Source: Paraphysomonas bandaiensis (taxonomy: Eukaryota > Protista > Chrysophyceae). Taken from it: a DNA stretch of 64,000 nucleotides. This document shows positions 14,133-27,824 of the stretch, in pieces. The notes below the pieces were generated by a model that was given only the letters and a program-made list of their open reading frames with translations, was not told the origin of the DNA and ran no database searches. The stretch lies in contig CBFFRP010000342.1 in the NCBI GenBank assembly GCA_965644295.1, positions 62,001-126,000 of the forward strand. Reading direction: 5' to 3'. Position numbers and translations under genes: made by a program. Position 1 is the stretch's first letter. Every line of letters begins with the position of its first letter.

Positions 14133-14409
14133 CACTCTCCAATTCAAGTGTAATCTGTTGGCTCAAAATATACAATATACACTGATTCCTCTTCAGTAAT
14201 AAGGTTTGAGAATATGAATCAAAAGGATAAAAAGATCAATGAGATAGTTGAGATTTCTCCCATCAAGGAAGCAGATATATCACCAGCATCTATCCGAATC
14301 TCAACTATCTCATCGATTCATTTCATTATGAGATATGAGAAACAATAAGAATGTGTAACAAACCTTATTTCAGAAGAGCAACAAGATAACACTTGAATTG
14401 GAGTGAGTG
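14133..14409. repeat. Foldback element (nested inverted repeats), MITE-like or hairpin-RNA locus
   Basis: Three nested imperfect IR pairs: 14133-14164/14376-14409, 14198-14208/14359-14369 and 14235-14255/14297-14317. Confidence 0.75.
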
Positions 14410-14974
14410 TATATGTGCCTTGTATTGACTAATATGCTAATATGGATATCATGGAGTGGGAGGGCAGCAGCCCTCATTTAAGGGTGGAACGAAAAAACAA
14501 CGGATTTTCATTACAAAAACTGGGCTTTATTCAGAAAATAATTACTAAAAGCCCCAAAACTTAGTAGTACCTTATTATTAAGGTGTGCAAATTGCGGAAT
14601 ATCAGGCCCTTTTCCTCAGTGGTGTAGAGGATTTTTCTACTTGATTTTTACCCAGTTTCTTAAAAATTCATTGCTTTTTGGCCAAATTCAGGGTTTTTTA
14701 GGCCTGCTGATTCATGTACTGAGAAAATTTTAGGAAAAGAAAGAATCATATCCAAAATACAGACATATGAAAGCTACCGCTGTACAGACCATATAGACTA
14801 CAGAGCACACTATGTAGAGAGGCCCATATATACATGTGTATGTAGTGTATGTACAGTCTCTATAGCATGTAGACAGCAGCACACCATAATAACTCGATAC
14901 CACTGTCTGTTCAGACATAGATAACACACTCTCCTCTCTACCCCCTTCATTGATTCATTACACGATATTCCCCT

Positions 14975-15527
14975 ATGTTGAGACGTATAAATAAAGAACT
15001 AGAGATGTGTAAAACTGATGATACAATGCGTAATTTTGGTATGCAATTAGAGGTATCTGCTCCTGATACATGGCTCGTACATATACTCTGTCCACCGGGC
15101 TGTATCTATGAGAATGAATCGTATACATTACGTGTAGTATTTGGTCCAAACTATCCTATAGAGAGCCCAGAGGTATGTCTATGGGTAGATAACGACTACT
15201 ATTGTGCTATAGGTTTATATGGTTTGTAGTTAATTATATCTGTGTATTATTTGCTTGTTATGATTATTGGTTTATGTTGTGCAGGTTGTTTTTATTGGAT
15301 CCTCACCAGTTCACCCTCATGTGTATAGTAATGGCCATATCTGTCTTAATATACTGTACGACGATTGGTCACCTGCACTGACTGTCCAGTCGATATGTCT
15401 TTCCTTGGTGTCAATGCTCTATAGTGCTACAGAAAAGGTGCGACCTCCTGATAACACGTCTTATACATCTGTTTCTCGTGGCAGTCCAAAGAACACACGC
15501 TTCATATTTCATGATGATACAGTGTAA
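14975..15527 (+). CDS. UBE2W: Ubiquitin-conjugating enzyme E2 W-like
   Basis: Two exons (intron about 15173-15285). MLRRINKEL, YPIESPEV, HPHVYSNGHICLNIL (catalytic Cys), WSPALTVQSICLS, RPPDN, FHDDTV. Confidence 0.85.
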
Positions 15528-16694
15528 TTGTTCTAATACTAGGTTGTTCTAACACTTGATTGATTAAGAATTCTTGGTTGTTCTGATGCTTGATCATGTC
15601 ACTTGTACTTTATCGTTATATATTACTATCTTAAAATAATGCCGTGAAGGCATTTCTAGAGAATTAAGCACGGTTGAATGACTGTCAGAAGAGTATACAT
15701 GTGTCATCTGTTCGGTTTGGTATCATATTGCGATTAATTCAAAGGAAGCATCGAAGTAATTAATGTCTGTAGATTATTATTCGTGAAGCCCTTCAATCAG
15801 GGCAGTTTGTTGTAAATGTACACACACACAAAATGTATTCGTGCAAATCTCCCAAGTGTGGTATCATTTCTTTACTTGTATCAATGCGATGCATAACCTA
15901 CCGGGTAGTATTGCTCTCTAGGGGGTGATCGTGCATGAATAGAAAATCATTCTAATGTTGTAATAGCTACTCACTTGAAACTACAACGAAAGTTATATGT
16001 GCAAATGATACAGTAGTTTAACTATAACCGACACTGAAGATAATAGCTAACTGGCTAAATGGTAGATACTAACAACTAACAAGTAAGAAACGTTTGCTGT
16101 CAGAGTAAGTATAATAGCTGAGATAATATTGAACATTACATTTAGTTAGTAAGAGAACTAAAGTAAACCACAACTAAGTCAACTATGTACAGGCATGTAT
16201 TTGTAACTACTACAATATTAGAACCCTCACATCTACGTACGCATATCAACGTACGAGTCTAAGACATACACGTACAAAGAAATGTAGATATATGATACAT
16301 ACCTCTATATCAAACCTTTTAAATACCGGTAGATGTCAATCAAAGCTATCACTTCGAGGACTATAGTATTATTGTGAGCCAACCTGATTAACCTCATTGA
16401 AAAGAACGAGTACAAAAATGAGATCCATACTCATCAAGGCATTTATTTCATCTCATAATCGTGTCAACTTTAGATATTAGCCAAAAACGATGCGTCTAGA
16501 TGTCTGGACAACAGGATAATGAGATACCGATTGCAGAGTAGTTGAACTTCATTTAAACTACGGCGATCCGTATGTTAATGCAATCACACACTTCAGTCGA
16601 GGGAGGTTGGAAATCTTGGTAAAAGTATCCGCACACAGAACCAGAAGGATTACATTCTAAACAGCGTCCCGAAGCGCAATAATACTGTTGGTCC

Positions 16695-17003
16695 TCAGAA
16701 ATGCCTTTCTACCTCTACGACCACATGGCGTTCCAGTGGGCCGTCATTCTCATACTTTACGGCTCGGTTTTTATAAATACTATCTGGATCGTTGACCATA
16801 TGGGCCAGAGTTTCAAGAGGATAGCCTCTATTCGGATTATCCAACTCTGGTCGATCAATACGCGACAAGTGCGCCGTCCAATAAGCTTGGGTCTCTGGGT
16901 TTGCCCCCTCCCCTTCCCTTTCCTCCCCCTCCTGGACATTTGCATCCTGCGGAGCTAGTGTACGATATACTATAAGTCTGAACTGCTGCTGCTGGTGTTT
17001 CAC
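16695..17003 (-). pseudogene. Coding-like remnant of unknown family
   Basis: Protein-like 102-aa frame without ATG. Flanking frames are interrupted by stops and no family motif was recognised. Confidence 0.25.
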
Positions 17004-17742
17004 TCTGATAATGCTATTGCTGCAATTGGATCTACATTGAGAACTTCTGCTTCCATATTAACAGGAATGCTCTTTCAATCAGCATCAGTATCATCAGATA
17101 GTACACCCCTAGAAACTATTCCTATTAACGTCATATCTTACCATGAAATTAACAGTTTCTATGTTTAGAAATCATCGTTTTTCAATTTTAATGTTATGAG
17201 TCCTTCTAAAATACCTTAAATATTTTACTTTTGCTTTGTATTATGGTCAAATAAGGTGGATTTTTTTAGTGTTGTAGCTGCTTTGAGCATTTTCGCTGAG
17301 AGAAAATGGATTACTCGCAAGGAACAAAGTTGCCCCCATATCCAACATCTTTAAGGGTCACTGTCAGAAGAGAAGACGAAAAGTTCACATTTCCTTCCAC
17401 CTAATAGCCAATTAGCCTTGTGATTAGTTGATACGGCCTCTATGATTTGTTAATAATCTTCTGTCTTCATATTCATTACCTTCAAAGGTCACTGTGACTT
17501 CCTCTTCATAGCCAATCATATATGTTTTTATATATTTATTAGCAAATGATTGGATAATATAGGTTACTTTTTTCTTAGGTATAGTTAACAGCGGCATATG
17601 TATGTATGTGTGTATGTTCATCTAGAGATATGTGTATATCTATCAGTTCATAGTTACATACACATTAACAACATTAACACACCACCACACTTCACCAAAC
17701 ACACATCCCTCTCTCCCACTCTCTCCCACTTACTCCCTTATC

Positions 17743-19892
17743 ATGGGCAACATATTCCCACATTCTTTCTCCTCCTCTAACCCCTGTAAGACGCCTCCTA
17801 TAAGTGATATGGATTATATTAAGAAACGGCATGATATCTCCGATAGTCACATTGAAACACCATTAAAACATGCTCTCATAGAATGTCTTGATAAAACTCA
17901 GCAACTTCAACACAAAGAACATCAAATTACACAATTAGAGATACAAATTACGTCACTTAAGAGTGCACTGAACTCAAGTAATGAACAGGTGAATGCTGTT
18001 TGTTGCAATAACATAATCTTATATATATACATTTATACTCTAGGTAGAATATTTAGAGAGGGAAGTATGTGAATGCAAGAGGAAATATAGTTCAATTATT
18101 ATGATATTCTTCACTTGTCTATTGATACTTGTGGTTGTGTGTGTTATAGCATATCAATCACTGGTTACAGTCTCTGTGGCTCATCATCAACCTTATCCTT
18201 GCCCATCTATTGAGACTTGTCCAGTGAGTGCAGTAAACTCACATTATCTACAGGCTACAAGTGTGGAATTAGCTGTCGTTACTAAAGATGCCATAAAAGA
18301 AGTTTTGCTCCAACAGGGATTCATTTCCACACCAACCAGCGTGGACAAAGTGTGGGATGCTCTGGCTACTCAGCCACCCCGTGCACCTATGTGTATAAGT
18401 ATGTTAGTTCTTTGTGTCATGTCGTATATTCAAGCTCACTTTCCTCTTCCCATTGTGGCTGCATGGGCTGGTGTAGTATCTGTCATTGTAGCACTTCGCA
18501 CCACGTTGCAGCTATGGAAGATATGTACACCGAAGCGCAAGGTGTCACTTGGCGTCTTCTGGAGTACATCGTTGAGTGTTGCAGGATGGGCCATGTATAA
18601 AAATGATGCGTTTCATATACCTGCTGGTATGTACTTCAGTGTAGTTGTCATTATGTGTATGGCAGATCAGCTGAACAGATCATGTACGATGTATTGTGTG
18701 GCTGATTGTGCCATGATGCCGACCACATGACATAATCCCTTGAACTACTTGAAACGTATAGTGCATACTATGCTACATAGCTCTTTGTGAATAATTGATG
18801 GGTATAATTCGTTTCCTCACACTGCTGTATATAGGTGTATTGACAATACTTTCTGCGTTGACAACATCTTTGCTTGTATCTGCTCTACTAAGCCCATCAT
18901 CTGAACTTTCAACTCTTTTCTGTAATCCCAAGTATCGCTTATTTTGCTCAGTTGCTGCTGCCCTTTGGGCTACGGCACTGATTCATTATACTCCTTTCTC
19001 TCCATTGTCGGGGCTGGTAATTGCGTGTCTCTCAGTAGCTCTTGAATCTCTCTTCCAACTCATGGGGTTTCGGCCAACAGTGTCTGTTGGAATTCTGATA
19101 ACTGTATTGGGTGGAATATGGAATTCTGTTCGATGTCCTACGGAAGCAACTGGGGGTGGATGGGCTCGGAAATTGATCACTGTTCCTGATCGCATTCCTC
19201 ATGATTATATGTCAGATATTCCCCTCTGGAGTGAGTGGACAGCTGCTTGCGGTGTATGCTTGGCATTAATATACTTATTGATTTCCTTACAACGCAGTCA
19301 TCAACTGTGTCGTGCAAGCACATCTTACGTTATATATTCCCTTTCTCTGGTGATTATTTCAGTAGGTATACATACTGACAACTTTTCCGCTTTTTTCTTT
19401 GGTCATATTGGATTAATATTCTACACGTTTTTATCTCCAGTGCTTCAAGCTTCAGTACTTTTTATTCTTAATGCTGGACTGTTGTTTGCCTCAGCCATTG
19501 TGACGGAAAAGTCAATTTTTCATTTCGGGTATGTCGAGATCGCTTCGGATATTGTCCTTGGCCCTCTAGGTGTGCTGGTATATACTATCAAAACTGTTTG
19601 CGTGAATAGTGTAAACTGCGAGCATAATCATCCAAGTATAGTGGACATTCTTTTGACAAATTTTGTGTGGACGTTATTATCTGCGGCTCTTGTACGTCCC
19701 CTGGCACTTAGTACTGGAATTTTAGGAATTATAGTCGCCTTAATATCTCTATTGTGCAGTGGAATGCGTTGGAGCATTTTGTTGATTTTGCTTGTTTCAG
19801 TGGTCGGCGTTATGATGTATATAGTAGCTGCTACTTCCCTGGATAAAGTATTTGTTGTTACGAATCTTGTAGGTTTGTTACCAGAGCTATAG
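17743..19892 (+). CDS. Multi-pass membrane protein of unknown function
   Basis: MGNIF start at 17743, short coiled coil, then exon-like ORFs 18101-18730 and 18795-19892 with many hydrophobic segments. Exon boundaries approximate. Confidence 0.6.
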
Positions 19893-20438
19893 AGCTATCT
19901 ATTATTAGAAATTGTATTTGCATGGTATGTTGGTGTATATTACTGTAATAATGTAGTAGGCAGTTCATAAGTAAGCTTCCGACTTTGTGTTCATCGACAT
20001 GAGAGATATCTATATCTATATATATTGCTGACACTCGAATTGCTAACAATTTTTCTTTCTGCAGTTTCAACATGGAGAATTAATCACTTAACAACATCAC
20101 ATACTTTATCGTGTGGTAAAAGGATATTATAGTTAACTTTATCTACTCAAATGTTAATTTTGTAATGCTGCTGCAAAACTGCATATATTTTTAGAAAGGA
20201 CTGCTTCATATAGCAATCGAAGTAGTAAACTCAGTAGCCAAGCGTTGATTAACTAACTCGATGTTGCGATGAATACCTCAATGTTAATCACACAGTGTAC
20301 CCCCATGTCAATACATATAGTAATACTTCATGTCTCATAAAGTCGGCCTGCTCTCGCAATATAAATTTATTTATTACGCAAACATGACATATTTCGACAA
20401 ACAAAAAATCCGTTACACCAACACTACTCTACTATACT

Positions 20439-23400
20439 CTATTCAGCCGTAAGTCCATACTGCTCTGCAATTTGTACACACAATGCACTACTTTTGAGGC
20501 ACCCCGAGCAAAAAGTTACAAACAAACTGTAGTTATCTCGCAGTGCCAGTAGTGCGACTTCATTCAGAGAAACAGATGTATTTCGGTCAACTTTCACGAC
20601 TGCATATATCTCCTGACAGTTATTTAATGTAAAATGGTGCCAATACCACTTCAAAAGAATCGGCGCAGGAGATGGAAATATTTCTCTAAAATTGCGTGGC
20701 ATCTCGCCAAGCATCCAATCCATGAGATTAAGGAGCATTGTTATGATACCATGGGGACAATTTCCGCCTAAATCTCCGGCTTCACCACCTGACTCATGAC
20801 CAGCTAGGACCCCACCACCAAAAAGATTTTGTTGGTACAGTTTATGGCTCTTGGAAAACAATTTATCTAACCGTCGACATACCTCGTGCACTGCTTTCTC
20901 CACCACTTCAGTTTCCACTGAGACCTTTTCTTTCGTATTTCCCTGCGAACTCTCTAGCCGGGATCTCACAATACCCCATACTTTTTGTACGGTCGGGGGA
21001 ACATGGCGACCTTCCATCTGTGATAGGTGGACTTTCAGCTCTTGCAATGTGTTTCTAGTTAATAGTGACACATCTCCACAGAATTTTAAGTGCAGTCTTT
21101 CCTCTTTTTCCTTCTGCATCATAAGCTGGTCAAAGCTCCCCCTCCTCGATCCACTGCTATGCCCAGACCTCGCAGTTGCCACTTCCAGTTCTCTCTCACG
21201 GTTCCTTAGACGAGTACCCACTTCTCGCATAGTTCGCCGCCTTTCGCGGATATCACCACCAACCACCAACATACCACAATGGGGATCTGCTGTGGATTTG
21301 TCAATTGCACAAACAAATGCTCTACCAGTTGGTGAATATAAAGGATACCTGGACGACGACAAACCCACTGCATCAACAACTGCAGTTAACTCTCCATTCT
21401 CCTCAGAATTGTTTACGTCATCTTCAGCGTTCATACCTCCATTAGATGATGGGTGATGACGCATGGGAATGCCAACGGAAGGGCCGCAGCAGAGCTGTTT
21501 AAATACGACAGCTGGCTGAAATCGAGTGAATGCAGATGTTGGTTGTGGCGATGACACATCCAAAGGATCAACGTTGCTACTCCCTCGATGAGGAACCATA
21601 TCATTCAGGTTAAAGCACTGCACTCGCATAGTTTGCCCATAAGCCTGTCCAGGGCATACTATAATAACCTCCTTCGAGGGCGGACTATTTTCTTCATCCG
21701 TTCCCTCAAGGGCCCAATCTGCCAGTATATCAAGTAGTCTCTGAACAATCCCATCAACAAACTTTAGGCCATACTGCTGCCTTCCTGCCGGCGCTAACAT
21801 GTCTCCCAAGGATGGCTCATCCACAGCAGGGTACACCAACTGAACTGGTGACACCAAAACTATTGATGTCAAAATCGACTGATTAGCAGAAACATGTAAT
21901 CGATCCCCGGCACCAGAAACATGGGTTGCACTAAAAACACTAGATTTTCCTCCCCGCAGGATATCCTCCAGTTTTGAAAACTGTGACTCTGTAAGAGTTA
22001 GTGCATCCCCATAGCGCTCCCCCCATGTAATGACAGGAGCGATAGGAAATACACACACGCTGCCGGCATTCAGAAAGTGAACATAGTTATTTTCTTTTCG
22101 CGGAATATTGTGCCCGACACTGGGGTTCCACAGCGATTGCTGGTACTCTCGTTGCAAATCAGTCATCATGCGTAACATATTCTCCACGCAAAACTAATAA
22201 GAAAGTGAGTATGCATGTATATACCATAGATGTATACACAGATATAACACAGGAAGAGACCAACTTACCTCAGAGTAATCATTCACTAGATCACTGATCG
22301 ATGAATAGTGAGTCGCTTCCAGCAAATCAACGGCAGCGTTAGACACAGAACACAGATGGGACCCTTGACCAAGCAAAGTACAAAAAGAAGATGCTGGGGT
22401 GCCCCAGTGAAGGCGATAAGCGTTCCTAAGCTGCTCCTCGGCTAACCCCAGAAGCTCTTCGCGGCGTGTCGGTGATGTCATTCTCTCCGCACGGGCTAAC
22501 GTAGTAAATGTGTCGTCCAAAGTCAAGTTGATGTCTACATTGCTACCACAATGAATAATTAGATCGATACCGCTCCATCCACTTTGGGCAATGCCAGCAA
22601 GAGTTTGACATATGGCGTCTCCTTGAGTCATATGTGCTAAATCACTGGATGGTGGAGTATTCTTGTCTGCATACCCTTGTTCAATACTCTCCGCAATATG
22701 ATGACGCCAGCTGGGCTGGTTAGAACCTACCACAAGTATACGAATTGCAGCAAGTTTATTCGCTGACTGTTGTCGTTCAGTTATATCAATCTGATGTTGC
22801 AGTTGACGTTGCTGATCATTTTGCGGTACTCCCAATACCACACCTCCCAATCCTGCAATTCCGACAACGGTTGAACGAGCTGCACCACTCTGACTCGGCT
22901 TTGTTCCGGACTTACTTGCAATCCCTTTATTCTTGTCTCCATCATTCTGTGTCGACAGACTTATTTGGTTCAGTTGTTTCGCAGCAATCGACTTGCAACT
23001 AGCAGATATCGCCGCAGATACTGTACTCTCTGCGAACGATGCAATAACCGAATTTGCCGTAGCATTCGAATCGCCAGAAGCATTACCACCCGCTACTGGC
23101 AGTGATTGCATTGACGGGGGGCCCAATTCGACAAGTCGTTGCTTCAATGTTTGAATCGCCCATTTATGCATTTGAACCGCAAAGGTTTGAATAGGTATAC
23201 TGCAGGGAGTGGTAAAACTTCCGATCCTCAACTTGTATGGATGCGGGAGAGAATCGGTATATACATTAGAATTTGGGCCAGGGTGGTGGTTTAGAATAAC
23301 ATAGCTCTTATTTGGCAGTAGTCCATTAAAAGTAAAGACAACAGGTCTCCTCGACTTGACTCGACGTCGACACACGTACTCTGCACTGGTGATCTGATCC

Positions 23401-26400
23401 ACGATCGATAGCTCCACTTGAACCACAGTAGACCCTGCTGGCAAACTGTATTCACACAGCACCTGTGCGGAATATGGCGTCATAGCTCCAACTACGGGTC
23501 CCAGAGTCATTGTTGGAACCGACGCGATGTCAGGGACTCCTGCGCACACACATTCTACCGAGTAATACAGTTCTGGAGATCCGAACTCCACACCTGTTGA
23601 AGACTGTTGGAGAATAGAACTCTGCATACGAAGCTCAGGTGGTGCGTGATCGCTATCGGCTGTTAGCATAGAGGCGTATCCCACATCGGTAGGTGCGATG
23701 GACACTCTTGTAAACCCCGGAACGCCGGAAGGTGACGCACTATTCGTTACAGCAACGTGCCCGTATGCCGCCCACTCCGTGGACAGCAGTTTCCGCCTCT
23801 CAACTGAGGCTTCTGTAGTGGACTCTTCCAAAGCGGCCAGCAATACTGCCTCATTATACGTTTTAGATCCAACATCGCAAAATGCACTATCTAATCCAGT
23901 CATAGATCCACGGCCTAGACATCCTTCACGACGTGGCGTCATTCCACCTACAAGTATATACCGCAGTCGAGGCTCAGCGTTGCTATAGTCAGATGATATT
24001 GCCCCTCTATTATCATCGTTATCTTGGGCTGATAGCATGCCTTCTCCATGAGAAACGGTCCAGCCCTCGGAAAAAACTCGAAACGCCTTGCTTTCGCCAC
24101 AATAGTTCCTTGTAGGTACATCCAAAGCACAGGCAACTATACACCCCCTCCCTTCGCGTTTTTCTTTCCAAGAGGCTAGTGTACTCAATAGCATTCTTCG
24201 ATCATCTGGTGTAACCAAACCTGTGGACGGCAAACGAGATCCTATGCAGCTCGCCACATACTGATCCGTTAAGTGATCTGACCCACATATATCAAGTATA
24301 TCTACACTTGCGGGAACCAGTATTTTAGTGCTGGCCACGATCACATTAGATATCGTGCACCCAGGCACATGTGTGCCCTGTTCACCTTCATCCACTGTTT
24401 CATTAACTAGATTTTGACCATCTACCTCTTGCTCATACGAATCTAACTTCGCACCGATACGAGATTGTTCTGCAGTGACTCTGTCATCACTCAGCATGTC
24501 ACTTAATTGTTTCCAGAACTAGACAAACACCGTATTAATAGAGTTTGACAAGCATAAGCTATATAATACCTTTTTTCCTATTTCTATTTCTACGTTTGTT
24601 GGGACCAAAGCATCTCCTACTGGGGCACTAGCGGGCAATCCCGTCGGAGACACAAGTTCACACCAATGTGGGTCCACCACAACCACAGAAGACTCACCGC
24701 CAAGGTTTAGCAAACTAATGGGCTGTAGTGCAGACTCAGCAAACTGGTCTGCACGAGCAGTATTCTCTTCGTAGAGACGAATCAAAGTGCTTTCTAAGTC
24801 TGTCACTTCTGTCTGTAGTCGCTGCAGATCCTTCCTCAACTGCTCAACAGCTTTATGCCTAGGACCATCTGTTCCTCGCTCTGCCAGCAGCTTATACGAG
24901 TTTTCCATGCGCTGCCTTACACTCCTCTTTCCCTGTACACTTTTTAACACCCGCAGAATCTACACCGCAAGAGTCAACAGTATAAAGATAACAACAATTA
25001 ATTTGTACCCAACAGTGTGCATCATGTTCTGCATTGTCAAAGTCAACAAAGGACGCATAATTCTGATCCCACAGCTGCCGCATATAGCACATGTGTACTC
25101 GTCTGCACAGATATGAGTGCACATTTCATGCGACAATGCGATTTATACCTCGCTATTCGCAACAACATGCCATGCACGAGGTTGGCCACATCTTTCTGGT
25201 CCCGTGAGAGCTGTGCTGCTGATTTTTTTACCCATTCACTGGACGACATGACGACCTCCCCAATATTTTCCCACAACTCCTCTTCATCATCAGATAAATT
25301 TTCCTCCATTGTTACATCTTCTCCACCAGCTTTCCGAGAAGAATCACTAATTGTCGACTGTTCCGCTACTTTCATTGAGTCCGTTCGTCTGGTCGACTTC
25401 TGATCATCCGCTGATGGTGGACAGGGCAGAGTATCAAAAAGGTCGTGTAGCCCATCACCTCCTCCTTCGCTCTGACCGCACAGAAACACGTGACCTGTTC
25501 TCCTGAGGGCTGATCGTACACTACACACAAACAACTTACTCAGAACATTTCTCGCAACGCATTTCTCATATCAAAGCTGCCTATCTATGTCCTAATATCG
25601 CATATAAGTACAATCAAGTCCTTTAACGCCAAGGAAAATTGTGCAATAAATGTGAGCAACTAAAGTACCCACCTCGCACTACCCGTCAAGGCCTTTCTGT
25701 AAACCGCCCTAACAGAGCGCTCAATATCATCTAGTCTCTGTTTCCACAACTCGGCTGGTACATCATCCGAGCTGACGTCTCGAATAAGCTGAATCGCTGC
25801 ACTGCGAAGGCATTTATCCACTGACACCACATTACCCAAATGAAACACCATATGGGCACCATTTTTCCTATTACTAGATTGCGATACTGAATTTTTTCCA
25901 GTGTGAGTATGAGAGAGAGTATCAAAGGTTGGCATAGCATGAGAGACAATGCTCGAGATCATATCGCGCGCATGCATGGCTGAGTTGTGATCAGTAACAT
26001 CGCGATAAGAATAATTTTGTTGGAAGGAAACCGACTGTTCAAGTTCACTCCACATATCAGCATCCCCGCCCACACAGCAGTCTACACGACTTTCGTGCGT
26101 AAAAAGTACCTGAAGGTTTGCATGATTGGACGGAATTGTACTGAACATGCAGTAGTTCGAAAGAGTATCTGCAGATGCCCATACCGACCAAAGTTAACAC
26201 ATATATTAATATATCTGTACAAAGTATTTACGCATGTACATGCATCCAACAACAAGATCAAAATAGAATATACATGCATAGACACTTCACAAACCTGTGG
26301 GAGCAACGCCACCCAGGTAAATCGCATGTTGAGAGCCAGGTGTCAGGTTTCCAATACTCACAACTTTAGGGGCATAGGGAGATAAATCAAAGCTCTATAT

Positions 26401-26869
26401 TGAAAAATAAGCATTATTTCACAGATCACTAAGCTTTACCTCGCTATGCATGTACTGTCCTTCTTGAGATATGCTATCGATCAAATACACGTTAAACGTA
26501 ACGGTAGTTGCAGCATTTACTTCAACTAAAATATTAGCTGAAGATTGAGTAATAAGTCCAAGAACTGGTCCGACTATTAAACTGACACCTATTCATATAT
26601 ATCATACAATATATACGAGTATGTAGTGTGTTAATACCCGGACGACATCTTATTTTTTTGTCAGCTACAATCACCATGTCGTCATGACATATTCTCGCTT
26701 CATGATGCAAATGAATGTCTTCAATTTGTGTTAATTTCTATTTAAAAAAGATTTTTTATATATGTATATATGTGTATATATGTGTATATATGGATACCTT
26801 CTCGATACGATCAAGAGCTGAGCTGAGTGTATGGACAGACTCCACTGCACTGCTTTCAACGGCTCCCAT
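20439..26869 (-). CDS. Very large multi-exon protein with two degenerate PhoD-like (alkaline phosphatase D) modules
   Basis: Start MGAVESS at 26869. PhoD-N-like LIVGPVLGLITQSSANILVEV (about 26500-26580) and TLGPVVGAMTPYSAQVLCE (about 23450-23510), each followed by a VFHLGN or LIIHCGSN core and an 'AVYR'/'NAYRLHW' segment. Long ORFs 22194-24497 and 20439-22187. Confidence 0.6.
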
Positions 26870-27054
26870 CACTTTTATTCTATGATGATATGGTGACTGA
26901 TACTGTAATGTATGGATACACTATCACTTACAAGGAGAGACCATACAAATCCCTCTGGATGATGTGATATAAGCTTCTATCTACACGGATATATGTATAT
27001 ATGAGACATCCATTAACATACATACACGCCTATACAGACATACATGCCTGTAGT

Positions 27055-27178
27055 CGGGAATAAATTGAAGCAAAAATACTCTATATAACTTCAGTCCAAC
27101 TACGGCTGGAATACAGATAATTATTGTCTCAATATTAGAGGCATATTTGAACAAAAATATACAAAGGATGCCGATACG
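27055..27178. repeat. Dispersed ~125-bp repeat, copy 1
   Basis: Aligns by eye, in the same orientation, with 41560-41686 (ttgaagcaaaaat...caactacggct...ttgtctcaatat...gaacaaaaatatac...aaaggatgccgatacg). Confidence 0.85.
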
Positions 27179-27824
27179 TATATATGTGAAACCACTGCTT
27201 GATCCTGATTTCTAGTCAACATTTTAATGTATTTGTTATAGAAACCCCAGTATTTTTATATATCCGGTATTTTATGTAAGGGTTGAGGACAAAAGCTCTG
27301 ATTTTTAGGAAAAGCACTGTTGGGATGGGTAAAAAAACACATTAATAATTGTATTACGATAGAGTGTAAAAGAAGATGTGGATAAGTGCTTTATGCGGAT
27401 ATCAGGTGATGGAATCACTACAATACCACCATTCTAGTTCTTAGAGTTGTTAACTGTAACACTTCTGACACTTCTGACCCATATATTGTATGGTAGTGAG
27501 GTATTGAGATATTACAAAGTCCTACTTTATCAGACTAAAAACCTCTAAAAGCAGGTATTGTGTGCGAAAAGTGGGGATTTTATGTCACTAGATGCTGTAT
27601 ATATACTGTACTTGTATATGCAGTGCAGTGCAGATGCACATACACGTCTACACATATGTCCACAGCTATACCATATATAGACTGTATGTACTGCTGTATG
27701 TACTGTATGTATGTGTATGCATGCATCGTATCATATGGATATAGCCGTACCTTAACTCTATATATAACACCTCCACCATCTATACATAATTACCATCCTT
27801 GTCATCACCCTCCCTATCTATCTC

